Shown here in pieces: positions 53,105 to 53,636 of a stretch of 53,636 nucleotides of DNA. The translations under genes were made by a program, and so were the position numbers. Under the pieces are notes generated by a model. It made no database searches and was not told the DNA's origin. It saw nothing but the letters and a program-made list of their open reading frames with translations. The stretch comes from Octopus bimaculoides (taxonomy: Eukaryota). The stretch covers positions 78,240,878 to 78,294,513 of the forward strand of contig NC_068986.1 in assembly GCF_001194135.2 (NCBI RefSeq). Reading direction: 5' to 3'. The first letter of the stretch is position 1. Each line of letters begins with the position of its first letter.

Positions 53105-53250
53105 AGAGAGAAAGAGGGTGAGAAAGAGAGATAGTCTGAATGAGTGAAGCTGTGTATCATTCACTTACATTGGCTGGCACGGCAAGTACGAAGCCTTTAT
53201 GGCGGCAGATGACTGGGGTGATTTGGAAGATGTGAAGAAATGCTGTGTTT

Positions 53251-53589
53251 TCAGTGGAGCGCTTCTTTGTAGGCAATGTTTCTCGTTTTCACTTCTGATG
53301 CACAAATGTATAGACTTTGTGGCCTACCAACACGAGAGCATCCAACGTAAAGTTGACCATGGGAGAACACTTGCTCTGTGAGATTTAAACCAACCATTTG
53401 CAATGATCGACCCTGTGTCTTATCATTGCAAAGGAAATTGAAGGAAATTGATAGGAAATTGAAGCTGCTTAAACTTGTAGATCGTATCGGAGGGAGAGGG
53501 ACATTTGAGTTATATGAACATCTTCACCAGCGGCCGGTCCATTCAAGATGGTTGTCTGAAGAACACGGGAGTATAAATTTTGATTATCT
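53251..53589 (-). mobile_element. Helitron Pif1-like helicase C-terminal remnant (frameshifted)
   Basis: Minus strand: YSRVLQTTILNGPAAGEDVHI..FKQLQFPI..DKTQGRSLQMVGLNLTEQVFSHGQLYVGCSRVGRPQSLYICASEVKTRNIAYKEALH*. Matches Helitron motifs FAMTINKSQGQSL, VFSHGQLYVALSRV and TRNIVYKEVL. Confidence 0.93.
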
Positions 53590-53636
53590 CCTCGGAAATT
53601 TCCAGGAAGTACCACCCTCGGAAATTTCCAGGAAGT
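53590..53636. repeat. 21-bp unit repeated with 26-bp period
   Basis: CCTCGGAAATTTCCAGGAAGT at 53590-53610 and 53616-53636; cut off by the window end. Confidence 0.9.

Noticed and set aside
53150-53250. Helitron 3' terminal hairpin and CTRR end
   Set aside because: A GC-rich patch is present, but I could not identify a clean stem followed by CTRR.

Overview
AT-rich, microsatellite-dense eukaryotic DNA from a gapped short-read assembly. The SINE families match those I recall from octopod cephalopods (Octopus bimaculoides-like); this is recognition from memory, not a database result. There is no intact long ORF: nearly all ORF-track entries come from N gaps, (TA)n/(CA)n tracts or repeats. The best-supported content is a transposon graveyard. 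DNA elements: mariner DD34D, rosa/DD41D-type Tc1-mariner, a Helitron helicase C-terminus, a HINE-like element, and hAT and piggyBac-like MITEs. Retroelements: Hero, R4/Dong and two RTE 3' fragments, Penelope-like termini carrying minimal hammerhead ribozyme folds, and dozens of tRNA-derived SINEs. The window probably lies mostly in introns of an unidentified multi-exon gene. I found short exon candidates on both strands, the best a phase-compatible plus-strand trio at 46482-47372, but none matches a protein I recognise. The most notable structures are an inverted Penelope-terminus pair with an intact hammerhead core, a perfect 24-bp hairpin at the window start, a 35-bp duplication suggesting RTE-mediated 3' transduction, and a fold-back SINE. 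No clearly new biological system can be established from sequence alone.
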